NCBI GenBank assembly: GCA_021816845.1
Contig: JAKAWT010000001.1
Span: 70,087 to 134,086, forward strand
Source: a bacterium
GTDB lineage: Bacteria; Patescibacteriota; Dojkabacteria; JAKAPS01; JAJZLI01
Direction of reading: 5' to 3'
DNA: 64,000 nucleotides
Part shown: piece by piece, positions 51,646 to 62,331 of the stretch
How the letters are laid out: each line of letters starts with the position of its first letter
Numbering within the stretch: the first letter of the stretch is position 1
The notes under the pieces: model-generated
Seen by the model: the letters and a program-made list of their open reading frames with translations, nothing else
Databases searched by the model: none
What the model was told of the DNA's origin: nothing
Made by a program: the position numbers and the translations under genes

Positions 51646-53081
51646 TAGCCTACTGAATTTTCCATCTCAAGTTTAATTAATCGATTCAATTCAACTGCAT
51701 ATTCCATCGGGAGCTCTCTTGCTATCGGCTCTAGGAAACCACTAACTATAAGACTAGTTGCTTCGTTATAATCAAGACCACGTGACTCTAAATAAAATAA
51801 TTGATCCTCTCCTATTTTAGATACTGTAGCTTCATGTTGTATTAATGGTCTTTTGGCATTATCTACATCTATAGTAGGGTATGTATCTGTTCTTGAATCT
51901 GCATCCATTAAAAGTGCATCACAAACAACATCAGCCTTCATTTTTTCTATATTATTTTCTGCTCTAATAAGCCCCCTATATGTAGTCCTTCCACCATCTC
52001 TTGATATAGATTTAGATATAACTCTAGATGTGGTGTTTGAAGCATTGTGTATAATTTTTGATCCAGCATCTATATGTTGTCTACTTGATGCTGACGCTAT
52101 TGATAAAACTTCCCCATGAGCCCCCTCCTCCATTAGATATACTGAAGGATATTTCATTGTAACCTTAGATCCAAAATTACCATCTACCCAAAACATTTTT
52201 GCATTTTTATAAGCTTTTGCTCTTTTTGTAACTAAGTTATAAACATTTTTAGACCAGTTTTGAATTGTTGTATATCTAACATTAGAATTTTCCTTACACA
52301 CAATCTCAACCACTGCAGAATGAAGAGAATTTTTGTCATAAATTGGTGCCGTACAACCCTCCAAATAATGTACTGATGAAGCCTCTTCTGCCACAATTAG
52401 TGTTCTCTCAAATTGTCCCATTGCTTTTGCATTTATCCTGAAATATGCCTGAAGTGGGGTTTCTACTTTTACTCCCTTTGGAACGTATACAAAAGATCCT
52501 CCTGACCAAACTGCAGAATTTAGAGCTGCAAATTTATTATCATATGGAGGTATTATTGTTGAAAAATACTTCCTTACAATATCAGGATATTGTTGTACAG
52601 CTGAATCCATATCTGTAAATATGACACCTTTATCTTCTAATTCCTTTAGGATACTATGATATACAACTTCACTTTCAAACTGAGCACCTACTCCTGATAA
52701 GAAATTTCTTTCAGCCTCTGGTATCCCTAGTTTATCAAAAGTTTCTTTTATCTCGGGAGAAACATCGGCCCAACTCTTCACAGATTTATCCTGAGCACGA
52801 AGAAAATAATAAAAATCTTCAAAATTTATATCTGATAAATCAGCTCCCCACAAAGGCATTGGTTTTGATAAAAATATATCGTATGATTTCAATCTAAAAT
52901 CCCTCATCCATGAAGGCTCATTCTTCATATATGATATTTCCGCCACTATGTCCTTATTAAGTCCTTTTTTTGCTTTAAATTTATATTTTGATTTTGTTCT
53001 AAATCCAAACTTATATTCGTCTTCTAAGGATTCTCTTATTTTTACATTTGTTTTGCTATTCTTTTGTAATATTTCTTTCAT
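51645..53081 (-). CDS. sufB: Fe-S cluster assembly protein SufB
   Basis: 478 aa with the SufB beta-helix core and the conserved C-terminal ...HEATVSKIGEDQLFYLESRGL.... Confidence 0.85.
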   Translation of the reverse strand: MKEILQKNSKTNVKIRESLEDEYKFGFRTKSKYKFKAKKGLNKDIVAEISYMKNEPSWMRDFRLKSYDIFLSKPMPLWGADLSDINFEDFYYFLRAQDKSVKSWADVSPEIKETFDKLGIPEAERNFLSGVGAQFESEVVYHSILKELEDKGVIFTDMDSAVQQYPDIVRKYFSTIIPPYDNKFAALNSAVWSGGSFVYVPKGVKVETPLQAYFRINAKAMGQFERTLIVAEEASSVHYLEGCTAPIYDKNSLHSAVVEIVCKENSNVRYTTIQNWSKNVYNLVTKRAKAYKNAKMFWVDGNFGSKVTMKYPSVYLMEEGAHGEVLSIASASSRQHIDAGSKIIHNASNTTSRVISKSISRDGGRTTYRGLIRAENNIEKMKADVVCDALLMDADSRTDTYPTIDVDNAKRPLIQHEATVSKIGEDQLFYLESRGLDYNEATSLIVSGFLEPIARELPMEYAVELNRLIKLEMENSVG

Positions 53082-53194
53082 AATTTGTTATTCACAACTG
53101 ATTATAGCATCTTTATTAATATACATACTAAAATATATAGTTTGTAATAAAAATTAGAGGATAATAATGATATTATATGATAACATTTCTACAT

Positions 53195-53446
53195 TTAAGG
53201 CCAAATTTGATTGCCATTTTCATCTTTTAATATTATTGCAGAAGTTGGACAGCTCTTTGCTGCCTCAAGAATAGTCTCATAATCTGAAACATCTAAGTCT
53301 AATACATACGCACGGTTCTCAGTATTTAGAGCAAATGTTTTAGGATCTATACCAACACAAGAAGCAGCACCAATACAAATATCAGGGTCAATCTCAATAT
53401 ATATTTTCCTGCCTTCGGTAGTTTTATAAATATTATTCTCTGACAT
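53195..53446 (-). CDS. small ferredoxin (single [3Fe-4S]/[4Fe-4S] cluster type)
   Basis: IEIDPDICIGAASCVGIDPKTF...AAKSCPTSAI fits the C-x2-A/C-x2-C...CP ferredoxin pattern. Confidence 0.6.
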   Translation of the reverse strand: MSENNIYKTTEGRKIYIEIDPDICIGAASCVGIDPKTFALNTENRAYVLDLDVSDYETILEAAKSCPTSAIILKDENGNQIWP

Positions 53447-53670
53447 TACGAATCTATCTCTATAACCTCTTTAATCTCAGGAAATTCTTCTTTAATTATT
53501 GTTTCTATACCTCCCTTTAATGTCATAGCAGATAGAGCACACCCAGAACAAGCTCCTACCATTTTAACTGTGACTATATTATTTTTAACCCCAACAAGCT
53601 CTACATCACCTCCATGCTGATATATAAAAGGTCTTATCTCATTTAGAACATTTTCTATCTTGTTTTTCAT
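53446..53670 (-). CDS. Nfu/NifU C-terminal-domain Fe-S cluster carrier protein
   Basis: VLNEIRPFIYQHGGDVELVGV...VKMVGACSGCALSAMTLKGGIE with the CxxC pair. Confidence 0.7.
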   Translation of the reverse strand: MKNKIENVLNEIRPFIYQHGGDVELVGVKNNIVTVKMVGACSGCALSAMTLKGGIETIIKEEFPEIKEVIEIDS

Positions 53671-53688
53671 GAATTAATTATACCACAA

Positions 53689-54324
53689 CTATCCTTTAAC
53701 AACACAAGAGAGAGGTTGTGTTAACTCTCCCCAAAGACCATACCCAGGAGGAGCTGAAGCATTAATTGAATTTCCATTAACATTTATGATAGGTGATTCT
53801 CCACCAGTAAGGTAAAATACTCCCCCTCCTTCTTTACAGAACCCAACAGCGTACCCTACTGGGAAACCTCCTAAATTACTTGACTGTCCAGAATTAACAT
53901 AGTCATCAACATAGAAGTATTGTGTTTGTGATGCAGATGTGAAGTTAGAGGAACCAGGATATCCATCAAATCCAGACCCTCCCGCAGAAGCTACACCAGT
54001 TAAAGCAGTGGATTGTACAACCCAATCATATGCTGGAGAATTACTAGGTTGATAAATAGCAAAACAGACATGTCCATTATTTGAGGTTCCCCCTATACAA
54101 GAAGAATTTTGATTCTCAAATAATACATCTGAAGGATAGTAGTGGTGACTATTAAAATAATTCTGCATATCTTTATTTATAGCCGATATAGCTGTGGATC
54201 TTACCTCATCTCTAGCTGTTACCTGAGCAGATCCTAGCCCAATAATGGCAATAGCAACCAAAATGCCTATAATAGCCATCACTATAAGAAGTTCAACCAA
54301 AGTAAATCCATCAGATCTAGGCAT
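53689..54324 (-). CDS. type IV pilin/pseudopilin (prepilin with class III signal peptide). Start placed at the internal Met.
   Basis: MPRSDG^FTLVELLIVMAIIGILVAIAI carries the G/FTLxE prepilin peptidase site and the hydrophobic alpha1 helix. The body is Gly/Ser-rich with a C-terminal Cys pair (C...C). Confidence 0.7.
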   Translation of the reverse strand: MPRSDGFTLVELLIVMAIIGILVAIAIIGLGSAQVTARDEVRSTAISAINKDMQNYFNSHHYYPSDVLFENQNSSCIGGTSNNGHVCFAIYQPSNSPAYDWVVQSTALTGVASAGGSGFDGYPGSSNFTSASQTQYFYVDDYVNSGQSSNLGGFPVGYAVGFCKEGGGVFYLTGGESPIINVNGNSINASAPPGYGLWGELTQPLSCVVKG

Positions 54325-54520
54325 TTTATTAAAAATTCTATATATCTTCATACAAAAATAATACCCTAAATAGAAATTTTTTTAAATGCATAGAGAATAT
54401 AGATCTAATAAATGGTAATTCAACAGATCAAGATCCTATGGATTCAGATCCAAGACTATAGAAGACTATAGAATTATTTTTCAATATTACATATAATACT
54501 CATGGTTTATATTAATCTTT

Positions 54521-55681
54521 ATGAAAATATTTAACAGTGGATCCATACCTTCTAATTCAAGTTTAAGTAATTTAGGCCTTACTTATGATGATATATTAAT
54601 CGTACCTAAGAGATCTGAAATATTATCAAGAAATGATACAGATCTTGAAACTAATCTTACAAAAAATATAAAGATAAAAACTCCAATTATAAGTGCTAAT
54701 ATGTCCTCAGTAACTGAATCTAGAATGGCAATTGATATGGCTTTATTTGGAGGAATAGGTTTTATCCACAGATTTATGACTATAGAAAGATGTGTTGATG
54801 AGATAAAAAAAGTAAAAAATTATCATTATGATAAAGAGAAATATAAATCAGCATCAAAAGATAAAAATGGAAAATTATTGGTTGGAGCTTCAATAGGTGT
54901 CAGAGATAATTATATGAAAAATACTGAAATGTTACTTACTGCTGGAGCAGACATAATAGTGATAGATGTAGCACATGGACACTCTATAAAAGCAATAAAC
55001 GCCGTTAAAGATCTAACCTCAGAATTTAAAGGATCTGGATCCAAAGGTTCTAAATCCAAGGACGATATAGTTCTTATAATAGGTAATATAGCTACATATG
55101 ATGCTGCTACAGAATTTATACAGCTTGGAGTTGATGCTTTAAAGGTAGGAATAGGACCTGGATCTGCTTGCTCAACTAGAATAGTTACTGGTGTTGGCAT
55201 ACCTCAAATTACAGCTATAGATGAAGTTTATAGAGCATCTAAAATCACTGGTATTCCAATAATAGCAGATGGAGGAATAAGGAATTCTGGAGATATAGCA
55301 AAAGCACTAGCTTGTGGAGCATCAAGCGTCATGATAGGAAATTTACTTGCAAGAACAATATCCTCTTCTGGAAATACAGTAGATATAAATGGAGAACTTT
55401 TTAAAGAGTATAAAGGAGAAGCTTCAAGAGCAGAAATGAACAAACAGTTTAAATTAGAAAGAAGAATAAATACAAAAAATCTAGTACCTGAAGGGGTGGA
55501 AGGTAGAGTACCAATTGATGGTACAGTCGAAGATACTTTAAATCGTTTAACTGGAGGCATACGATCTAGTATGAGCTACACTAATTCTAGAACATTAAAA
55601 GAATTTAGAGATAATGCAGAATTTATACAAATAACTACTGCAGGATTTAGAGAGAGTGCCCCTCATGATATTATATTATGA
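54521..55681 (+). CDS. guaB: IMP dehydrogenase/GMP reductase family protein (no CBS domains)
   Basis: GLTYDDILIVP, VGIGPGSACSTRIVTGVGIPQITAI (active-site Cys loop), IADGGIRNSGDIAKALACGASSVMIG and C-terminal ...ITTAGFRESAPHD. Confidence 0.75.
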   Translation: MKIFNSGSIPSNSSLSNLGLTYDDILIVPKRSEILSRNDTDLETNLTKNIKIKTPIISANMSSVTESRMAIDMALFGGIGFIHRFMTIERCVDEIKKVKNYHYDKEKYKSASKDKNGKLLVGASIGVRDNYMKNTEMLLTAGADIIVIDVAHGHSIKAINAVKDLTSEFKGSGSKGSKSKDDIVLIIGNIATYDAATEFIQLGVDALKVGIGPGSACSTRIVTGVGIPQITAIDEVYRASKITGIPIIADGGIRNSGDIAKALACGASSVMIGNLLARTISSSGNTVDINGELFKEYKGEASRAEMNKQFKLERRINTKNLVPEGVEGRVPIDGTVEDTLNRLTGGIRSSMSYTNSRTLKEFRDNAEFIQITTAGFRESAPHDIIL

Positions 55682-55998
55682 CCACTAAAACAGAGGACTT
55701 AACAAGCCAGACTCTAAATATACTTAAGGAATCAGACCTTAGTGAAGAAGATAAAACAAAACTTGCAAGAGATCTCATAGTCTCTTTGAGTGAAAATGAT
55801 GAGAATAAGGGGGTAAAAGTAATATCAGACCTTTGGGATTATGTAAAAAGTTCTTTTCTACCTACCTATGGTATTGTTGTTGGAGTAAAAAAAATTACTA
55901 ATGATGAGGTCACATCAGGAGTTATATGTATTCTAATCAATCTGGCATCAACACTTATTACAGTTTACTACCTCTCTAAACTATTAACCCTAGCTTAA
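55678..55998 (+). CDS. hypothetical protein
   Basis: 106-aa ORF with a 4-nt overlap with guaB (coupled). Acidic N-half and hydrophobic C-terminus. Confidence 0.35.
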   Translation: MTTKTEDLTSQTLNILKESDLSEEDKTKLARDLIVSLSENDENKGVKVISDLWDYVKSSFLPTYGIVVGVKKITNDEVTSGVICILINLASTLITVYYLSKLLTLA

Positions 55999-56039
55999 TC
56001 TAGAGTACACGTACCTAGATATTTACAGAGATTATTAAT

Positions 56040-57923
56040 TTAATAATCATAATCAATATGATCTGGATCTATATCAGACAAGAACCTAGAGGGAGGATTA
56101 TCTTGATACCTACCATAAAGCATTCTTTTTTGAGCAAATGATAAAAATAGTCTTTCTTTTGCTCTAGTCATAGCTACATAACACAATCTCCTCTCTTCCT
56201 CCATCTGTTCAAGATCCATAAAGGACCTTTGATGAGGGAATATATTCTCCTCCATCCCTATAATAAATACATTTTTAAATTCTAATCCTTTTGCTTGATG
56301 GATACTCATCATGGTTACAACATTTGAAGATTCCTCTATTTCTTCCTTCTGAACCAAAGATATATCAAATAGTAGATCTGTAATTGTTTCGTATTTTAGT
56401 GCCATACCAATAAATTCATAAATATTTTCCATCCTAGATATGCCTAAATCACCTTCTGGTAAAACATATTTTTCGTAATCAATTTTTTTTACAACATACT
56501 TTATAAATTCTGATGGAGTTAACTCTGAATTCACTGAACTCAAACATTTCCTCAAATCCTCTATAATACCAACAAATGATAAGACTTGAGGTGTTAATGA
56601 TTCTTTCATATTTAATATATATTCACCAATAGAAAGACCCTCTAAGGATGCCTGCTCTTGTAATCTTGATAAAGTTGTAGCACCAATTTTACGAGTTGGC
56701 ACATTTATAATACGTGTTAAAGCCACTGTATCATTTGGATTGACTATAAATCTTAGGTACGAAACTATATCTTTTATCTCTTTTCGTTGATAAAATTTTA
56801 ATCCACCAAAAATCCTATATGGAATTTGATCACGGACAAAATATTCTTCTATAACCCTTGATTGAGCATTAGTACGATATAAAACTGCATAATCAGAAAA
56901 ATTAGTTTTGAGTATTTTTATCTTATCTACAACATATCTCGCTTCATCAACTTCATCTAATGCTTGATATAATTTTACTGGATGACCTACCTGATTCTCT
57001 GTCCATAATTTTTTTTCATATCTTAATCTATTTTGAGCTATTACAGATTGAGATGCTGCTAGTATTCTTTTTGTTGATCTGTAATTTTGTTCCAGTTTAA
57101 TTATCCTCCCATTTGGAAAATCTTTTTTGAAAGATAATATATTTTGTATATTAGTTCCTCTCCAAGAATATATGTTTTGATCAGGATCTCCTACGAAACA
57201 AACATTATCACAAGATATTTCCTTTATAAGATTATATTGAATGTTATTTGTGTCTTGATACTCATCAACAAGAATATATTTAAGGCTATTTTTGAATTTA
57301 TTTTTAAAATCAATATCGTTTTTTAAAAGATATAAACTATTAAATAATATATCATCAAAATCCATTGCATTATTTTCTTTTAATCTTTTTTGATACAGAG
57401 GATATGTAGCTTGTATAATTTCTTCATAGAAATCATTTGCTATGTACTCTGATGGAAATACATAATTTGACTTAGCTTTTGATATACCAGATAAAATAGC
57501 ATTTGGAGAAAATTTTGAAGAATCTATGTTTAACTCTTTAAAAATTTCCTTCATGATTTTTTCTTGATCATCATCATCAAATATTACTAAGTTCTTTGAC
57601 AGATTAATTCTCTCACCTTCTAATCTTAAAATATTTAGAAATACTGAATGAAAAGTACCTAGATATGGAAAATATAAATGTCCACCAAGAAGATCAGTAA
57701 TTCTCTCTCTAATTTCAAATGCAGCTTTATTAGTAAATGTAACAGCGAAAATCTCAGAAGGATGTATATTCTTTTCTTTGATTAAATATGCAATTTTATA
57801 TGTTAGAGCCTTTGTTTTCCCAGATCCAGCACCGGCCAGTACAAGAAGGGGAATATTTATTCCCTCTAATACTGCTTCTTTCTGCTTATTATTTAAATCG
57901 TTCAACATACGGAAGTTGTTCAT
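56040..57923 (-). CDS. pcrA: ATP-dependent DNA helicase, UvrD/PcrA/Rep family
   Basis: Walker A (AGAGSGKTKALTYKIAYLI), motif Ia/II (ILVDEYQDTN), and motifs V-VI (MSIHQAKGLEF, VAMTRAKERL). Confidence 0.8.
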   Translation of the reverse strand: MNNFRMLNDLNNKQKEAVLEGINIPLLVLAGAGSGKTKALTYKIAYLIKEKNIHPSEIFAVTFTNKAAFEIRERITDLLGGHLYFPYLGTFHSVFLNILRLEGERINLSKNLVIFDDDDQEKIMKEIFKELNIDSSKFSPNAILSGISKAKSNYVFPSEYIANDFYEEIIQATYPLYQKRLKENNAMDFDDILFNSLYLLKNDIDFKNKFKNSLKYILVDEYQDTNNIQYNLIKEISCDNVCFVGDPDQNIYSWRGTNIQNILSFKKDFPNGRIIKLEQNYRSTKRILAASQSVIAQNRLRYEKKLWTENQVGHPVKLYQALDEVDEARYVVDKIKILKTNFSDYAVLYRTNAQSRVIEEYFVRDQIPYRIFGGLKFYQRKEIKDIVSYLRFIVNPNDTVALTRIINVPTRKIGATTLSRLQEQASLEGLSIGEYILNMKESLTPQVLSFVGIIEDLRKCLSSVNSELTPSEFIKYVVKKIDYEKYVLPEGDLGISRMENIYEFIGMALKYETITDLLFDISLVQKEEIEESSNVVTMMSIHQAKGLEFKNVFIIGMEENIFPHQRSFMDLEQMEEERRLCYVAMTRAKERLFLSFAQKRMLYGRYQDNPPSRFLSDIDPDHIDYDY

Positions 57924-58346
57924 TTATTATTGAATATTTTTTTAAATATGATGACATCACCCAACCTGTACTATTAGTAGCACCATCACCATTAAAACCT
58001 ATAAATTTCATTTTCACCTCATACCATCCTGAACTATATTTTTCTATTGTAACACTTGTATTGGTAATAATTGAAGTATGTGAAGATGACAATGGTGGGT
58101 TGTATAAATTTATATTTCCAATTGAATTTATAGATACTATAATCATAGGATAGTTTTTTTATAAACATGTGGCTCCTTAATTTAAAATATATGTGTTTTT
58201 CCACCTAGAAATTAGACTATCTGAAGAATTGTTAATATTTGCAAATATTGGAATTTGTATAATATTAGAAAATATAAAAATTACATTACAAACATCTGAA
58301 GTACAAGTGCCTAGGGCAACTTTAACAATATTTTTATATTTCATAC

Positions 58347-59282
58347 TCAAACTATATATAGAACAAAAAAGGTAACAAATAAATACAAAATTATAGCAAT
58401 AAATAAAGGTCTGTCTTTATACCAAATTGTCTCAGGAACACCACCTTCTTTTTTGACATATAGATTATACATATATCTTGCAATTATATAAAAAATTATA
58501 GGTATTGTGACTTTAACCCAGTGAGGATTTTTTAAATGACTAGGTAAAAAAGACGAAATAATACTTGGAGTGTGAGAATTTAAATCTTCATTATACGAAA
58601 ATAGTATATAGGACATAAATGTTGCAGCAGCAGTCATTGCTATAAGATTATCTAACAGTTCTTTTGGATAAGATTTTAAAACATTTCTATGTATAATAGC
58701 ATTTTTAAAAGACATTATTGTAATTTCTGCTCTCCTCTTCCCAAATGCAACAAATAAGGATAATGCTACTATGAAAATAACAAACCATGAATTTATAGAT
58801 GAACCTATAACAACTCCTCCTGCTAAAACACGTAATACAAAGAGTGTAGCAGTAGTTAGTGAGTCTATTATTAATATTTCTTTTAAATATAATGAATATA
58901 TTACGACAATAATGTAATAAGCAACAAATATACCAGCTAAATACTCACTAACTAAAATAGAGAAGAATAATCCTATTATAAAAAGTATCATAGATATAAT
59001 TAAAGCCTCTCCTCTGGACACAAAACCTGCAGCTATAGGTCTATGCTTTTTCTGAGGATGTATTTTGTCTCTTTTATAGTCAACTATATCATTAATAAGG
59101 TATGCTGAAGATGATAATACTACAAGAATAAAAAATGATAATATTACTATAGTATCATCATGTATATTGAAAATATCTCTATTGTAAAAAAGAAAAGCAA
59201 AAACCAACAGATTTTTAACCCATTGACGTGGTCTTAAAGCTAGAAAAATATATTTAGCATGGTTTAACAACTTATTCATCAA
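58347..59282 (-). CDS. UbiA-family prenyltransferase, decaprenyl-phosphate phosphoribosyltransferase-like
   Basis: ALRPRQWVKNLLVF, NDIVDYKRDKIHPQKKHRPIAAG (first Asp-rich motif NDxxDxxxD) and a polytopic membrane core. Confidence 0.7.
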   Translation of the reverse strand: MMNKLLNHAKYIFLALRPRQWVKNLLVFAFLFYNRDIFNIHDDTIVILSFFILVVLSSSAYLINDIVDYKRDKIHPQKKHRPIAAGFVSRGEALIISMILFIIGLFFSILVSEYLAGIFVAYYIIVVIYSLYLKEILIIDSLTTATLFVLRVLAGGVVIGSSINSWFVIFIVALSLFVAFGKRRAEITIMSFKNAIIHRNVLKSYPKELLDNLIAMTAAATFMSYILFSYNEDLNSHTPSIISSFLPSHLKNPHWVKVTIPIIFYIIARYMYNLYVKKEGGVPETIWYKDRPLFIAIILYLFVTFFVLYIV

Positions 59283-59320
59283 TATGTATTATAATACATA
59301 TACAAAGATATGAATATATT

Positions 59321-60535
59321 ATGAAAAAATATGACATAGGATATATTAGTATTTTTTTAACAATAATTGGAGTAACTTTAGGCAGTTTATTGCTACGTTC
59401 CAATGTTTTTGCTGGTAAATATTATAGTAATATCCTCAAAAAAGATATCTCATATATTAAAGATGGACAATATACTAATCTCTGGAAAAATTTGTCTCTA
59501 TATCAGAAACAAAAATTTATTAATGAAAATAATTTCATTAATTTTATGAAAAACAAATACCATCCTTTGAATATATCTATAAAAAATCTAACTGTACTTA
59601 ATCATACAAAAATGGAGACCACACTATCAGTAATATTAAATATGCAATCTCCAAATAAAAATTATATCGTCCCTAAATACTATAGAAATAACTTCAAAAT
59701 TGTATTAAATAATAACAATCAATTTATACATATGGGTCAATTTTCTCTTACATCTCCAATAGTGAAGAATACAACAACTGGTAATATGACAGTTGATATA
59801 CCTATTGTTATGTTACATAGAGTTGCCCCAGTCTTCCCTAAAAGATCAAATTTTAACTCACAATATGGGTATTTACTTGATTATAATCTGACTCTGCTAA
59901 GCTCTGCTTTTATACAACAATTACAATGGTTAAAACAAAATAATTATAAAACCATAACTCTAACTGAACTCTACAATCACTATTACTATAATACTGCTAT
60001 CCCTAAAAAACCTATAATTCTGACATTTGATGATGGTAGATTGAGTGCATACACATATGGAGTCCCTATATTACTGCAGTATCATGATACTGCAACATTT
60101 AATATAATCACAGGATTTGTAGGTTCAAGTAAAAAAAATTATCAGTATATGACATGGAAAGTTATAAAAACAATCCAAAAAGAAGGTATGCAAATCGAGT
60201 CACATACTGTAACACATCTTGCACTAGGATCATTACCACCAAATTTAATGCAATATCAAATACTTATATCTAAACAAAAACTAGAACAAGAACTTGGAAT
60301 TCCAATTCAATTTTTAGCTTATCCTTCTGGATCACCTTTTAGGGATAACAACATAAAACAGGAACAAGAATTAACCACCTTAATGGAACAAGATGGATAT
60401 ATAGGAGGAATGTTAGATCAGAGATATAATCAAACGAAGCAGAATCTTAAAAATTCTTATCACCTATATAGAATTAGAGATTCTGGTAATATCTCACTAT
60501 CGCAATTTATATATGAAATCCAAAGTAGTGAGTAA
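59321..60535 (+). CDS. membrane-anchored polysaccharide deacetylase (CE4/NodB domain)
   Basis: N-terminal TM, then PIILTFDDGRLSAYTYGVPIL (TFDDG motif 1) and later His-containing motifs (ESHTVTH). Confidence 0.65.
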   Translation: MKKYDIGYISIFLTIIGVTLGSLLLRSNVFAGKYYSNILKKDISYIKDGQYTNLWKNLSLYQKQKFINENNFINFMKNKYHPLNISIKNLTVLNHTKMETTLSVILNMQSPNKNYIVPKYYRNNFKIVLNNNNQFIHMGQFSLTSPIVKNTTTGNMTVDIPIVMLHRVAPVFPKRSNFNSQYGYLLDYNLTLLSSAFIQQLQWLKQNNYKTITLTELYNHYYYNTAIPKKPIILTFDDGRLSAYTYGVPILLQYHDTATFNIITGFVGSSKKNYQYMTWKVIKTIQKEGMQIESHTVTHLALGSLPPNLMQYQILISKQKLEQELGIPIQFLAYPSGSPFRDNNIKQEQELTTLMEQDGYIGGMLDQRYNQTKQNLKNSYHLYRIRDSGNISLSQFIYEIQSSE

Positions 60536-60536
60536 C

Positions 60537-62330
60537 TTATGTATATAGTTTTATAAATACATCAGAGGGAATATCTACTTTACCGAATCTCTTTGTTCTC
60601 TTTTTACCTTTTTTTTGTTTTTCCAACAGTTTCATCCTCCTTGTTGGATCACCACCATATAATTTTTGAGTAACATCCTTCCTGAATGCCTTAACATCCT
60701 CTCTTGCAACAATTTTTCCATTTATACTTGCTTGTATAGGAATAGAGAATTGAGTTCTTGGAATGAGATCTTTCAATTTAGTACAATATTGTAAAGCTAC
60801 CTCTAATGCCTTATCTTTATGAATTAACATGGACAAAGGCTCTATCAATTCATGATTTACTAAAAAATCAACTCGCACAACTTCAGTGTCGAAAAACCCA
60901 ATAAGTGAATAATCCATAGATGCATCACCAGAAGTTAGAGATTTTAAATCATCAAAAAAATTAAAAATCAATGATGATAAGGGAAGATTAATTGTTATTA
61001 TAACTCTTTCAATATTTACACTTTTATTCTGTGAAAATGTAGAGTTTATAAAAACACCTCTTTTTGATGATATAAATGATACAATTTTATTAAAATATTG
61101 TTGTGATGCAATAATATCCATAGATACATATGGCTCTTTGATATTTATTATTTTTGAGAAATCAGATATTTCAGTAGGGCTAGTAATATCAGCTTCTGTA
61201 TAATCACTATAAGTAACATGGTATTCCACTGAAGGTATACTCATAAAAATAGATACATTATATTCTATTTCTAATCTTTCTTTGACTACATCAGCATGTA
61301 GCAAACCTAAGAATCCACATTTATATCCAAAACCTAATATTTCATTAGTAACTGGTGTAACATCCAAAGAATAGTCATTTAATGATAATTTCAAAACTGC
61401 ATCTTTAAAATTGTCTATATCTGCAGCATCAACTGGATATATTGATGCAAAAACCATACTTTTAGGTTTAGAAATCTCAAATATAGGTTTATCTTGAATA
61501 TTTTTCACTATTGTATCCTGGACAACAACATCTTTGACATATTTTATTCCTGTAGTGACAAAGCAAACATCTCCAGCATGTACTTCATTTTGTGGATCGA
61601 GTTTACCTCTTACATATCCTAATGATAGAACTTGCATGGGCTTTTTCTTTGAGCAAAAATATATTGTATCACCCTTTTTTAATATACCATCTACGACTTT
61701 TACAAGAAGAATAACACCTTGGTACTCATCAAAGAAAGAATCAAAAACAAACCCTCTAAAATTTTTTGATACATCACACAAGGGTTGAGGAATTTTTTCT
61801 ATTATTGCATTTATCAATTTATCTATTCCAATACCTGTCTTACCAGAAGTGAATATTATATCTTCCTTATTAAATCCTAATATTGCTTTAATTTCAGCTA
61901 ATACTCTATCTATATCTATACCTTTTATATCTACTTTATTTAAAACGGGTATAACAGGTATATTTAATTCTATGGCCTGAAGGTAATTACCTATGGTTTG
62001 GGCTTCAATACCCCCAGATGCATCTATAAGAAGTATTGCCCCATCTGAGGCTTTTAGCGACCTTGCAACTTCTCCTTGAAAATCAACGTGTCCCGGTGTA
62101 TCTATAAGGTTTAATGTATAACCTTTATATTCCATACGGATTGTTTGTAGTTTAATAGTAATACCTCTTTCTCTCTCAAGCTCAAGGTTATCTAAGAATT
62201 GATCTTTTAAATCTCTTTTTGATATTGTATGGGTATATTCCAAAAGCTTATCTGATAAAGTAGATTTACCGTGGTCAACATGGGCGATAATTGAGAAATT
62301 ACGAATTTTAGAAGATGGATTAAAATCCAT
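60537..62330 (-). CDS. lepA: elongation factor 4
   Basis: IRNFSIIAHVDHGKSTLSDKLL (G1), DTPGHVDF (G3), NKVD (G4) and the LepA-specific C-terminal domain. Confidence 0.9.
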   Translation of the reverse strand: MDFNPSSKIRNFSIIAHVDHGKSTLSDKLLEYTHTISKRDLKDQFLDNLELERERGITIKLQTIRMEYKGYTLNLIDTPGHVDFQGEVARSLKASDGAILLIDASGGIEAQTIGNYLQAIELNIPVIPVLNKVDIKGIDIDRVLAEIKAILGFNKEDIIFTSGKTGIGIDKLINAIIEKIPQPLCDVSKNFRGFVFDSFFDEYQGVILLVKVVDGILKKGDTIYFCSKKKPMQVLSLGYVRGKLDPQNEVHAGDVCFVTTGIKYVKDVVVQDTIVKNIQDKPIFEISKPKSMVFASIYPVDAADIDNFKDAVLKLSLNDYSLDVTPVTNEILGFGYKCGFLGLLHADVVKERLEIEYNVSIFMSIPSVEYHVTYSDYTEADITSPTEISDFSKIINIKEPYVSMDIIASQQYFNKIVSFISSKRGVFINSTFSQNKSVNIERVIITINLPLSSLIFNFFDDLKSLTSGDASMDYSLIGFFDTEVVRVDFLVNHELIEPLSMLIHKDKALEVALQYCTKLKDLIPRTQFSIPIQASINGKIVAREDVKAFRKDVTQKLYGGDPTRRMKLLEKQKKGKKRTKRFGKVDIPSDVFIKLYT

Positions 62331-62331
62331 T

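Noticed and set aside
57889-58146. 85-aa minus-strand ORF with an SH3b-like GW pattern (GWYEVKMK...GWV) overlapping the start of the helicase gene
   Set aside because: It overlaps the pcrA/uvrD start by ~35 nt, and the short hydrophobic, N/S-rich sequence is typical of spurious ORFs in AT-rich spacers. Possible but unsupported, so it is not listed as a feature.
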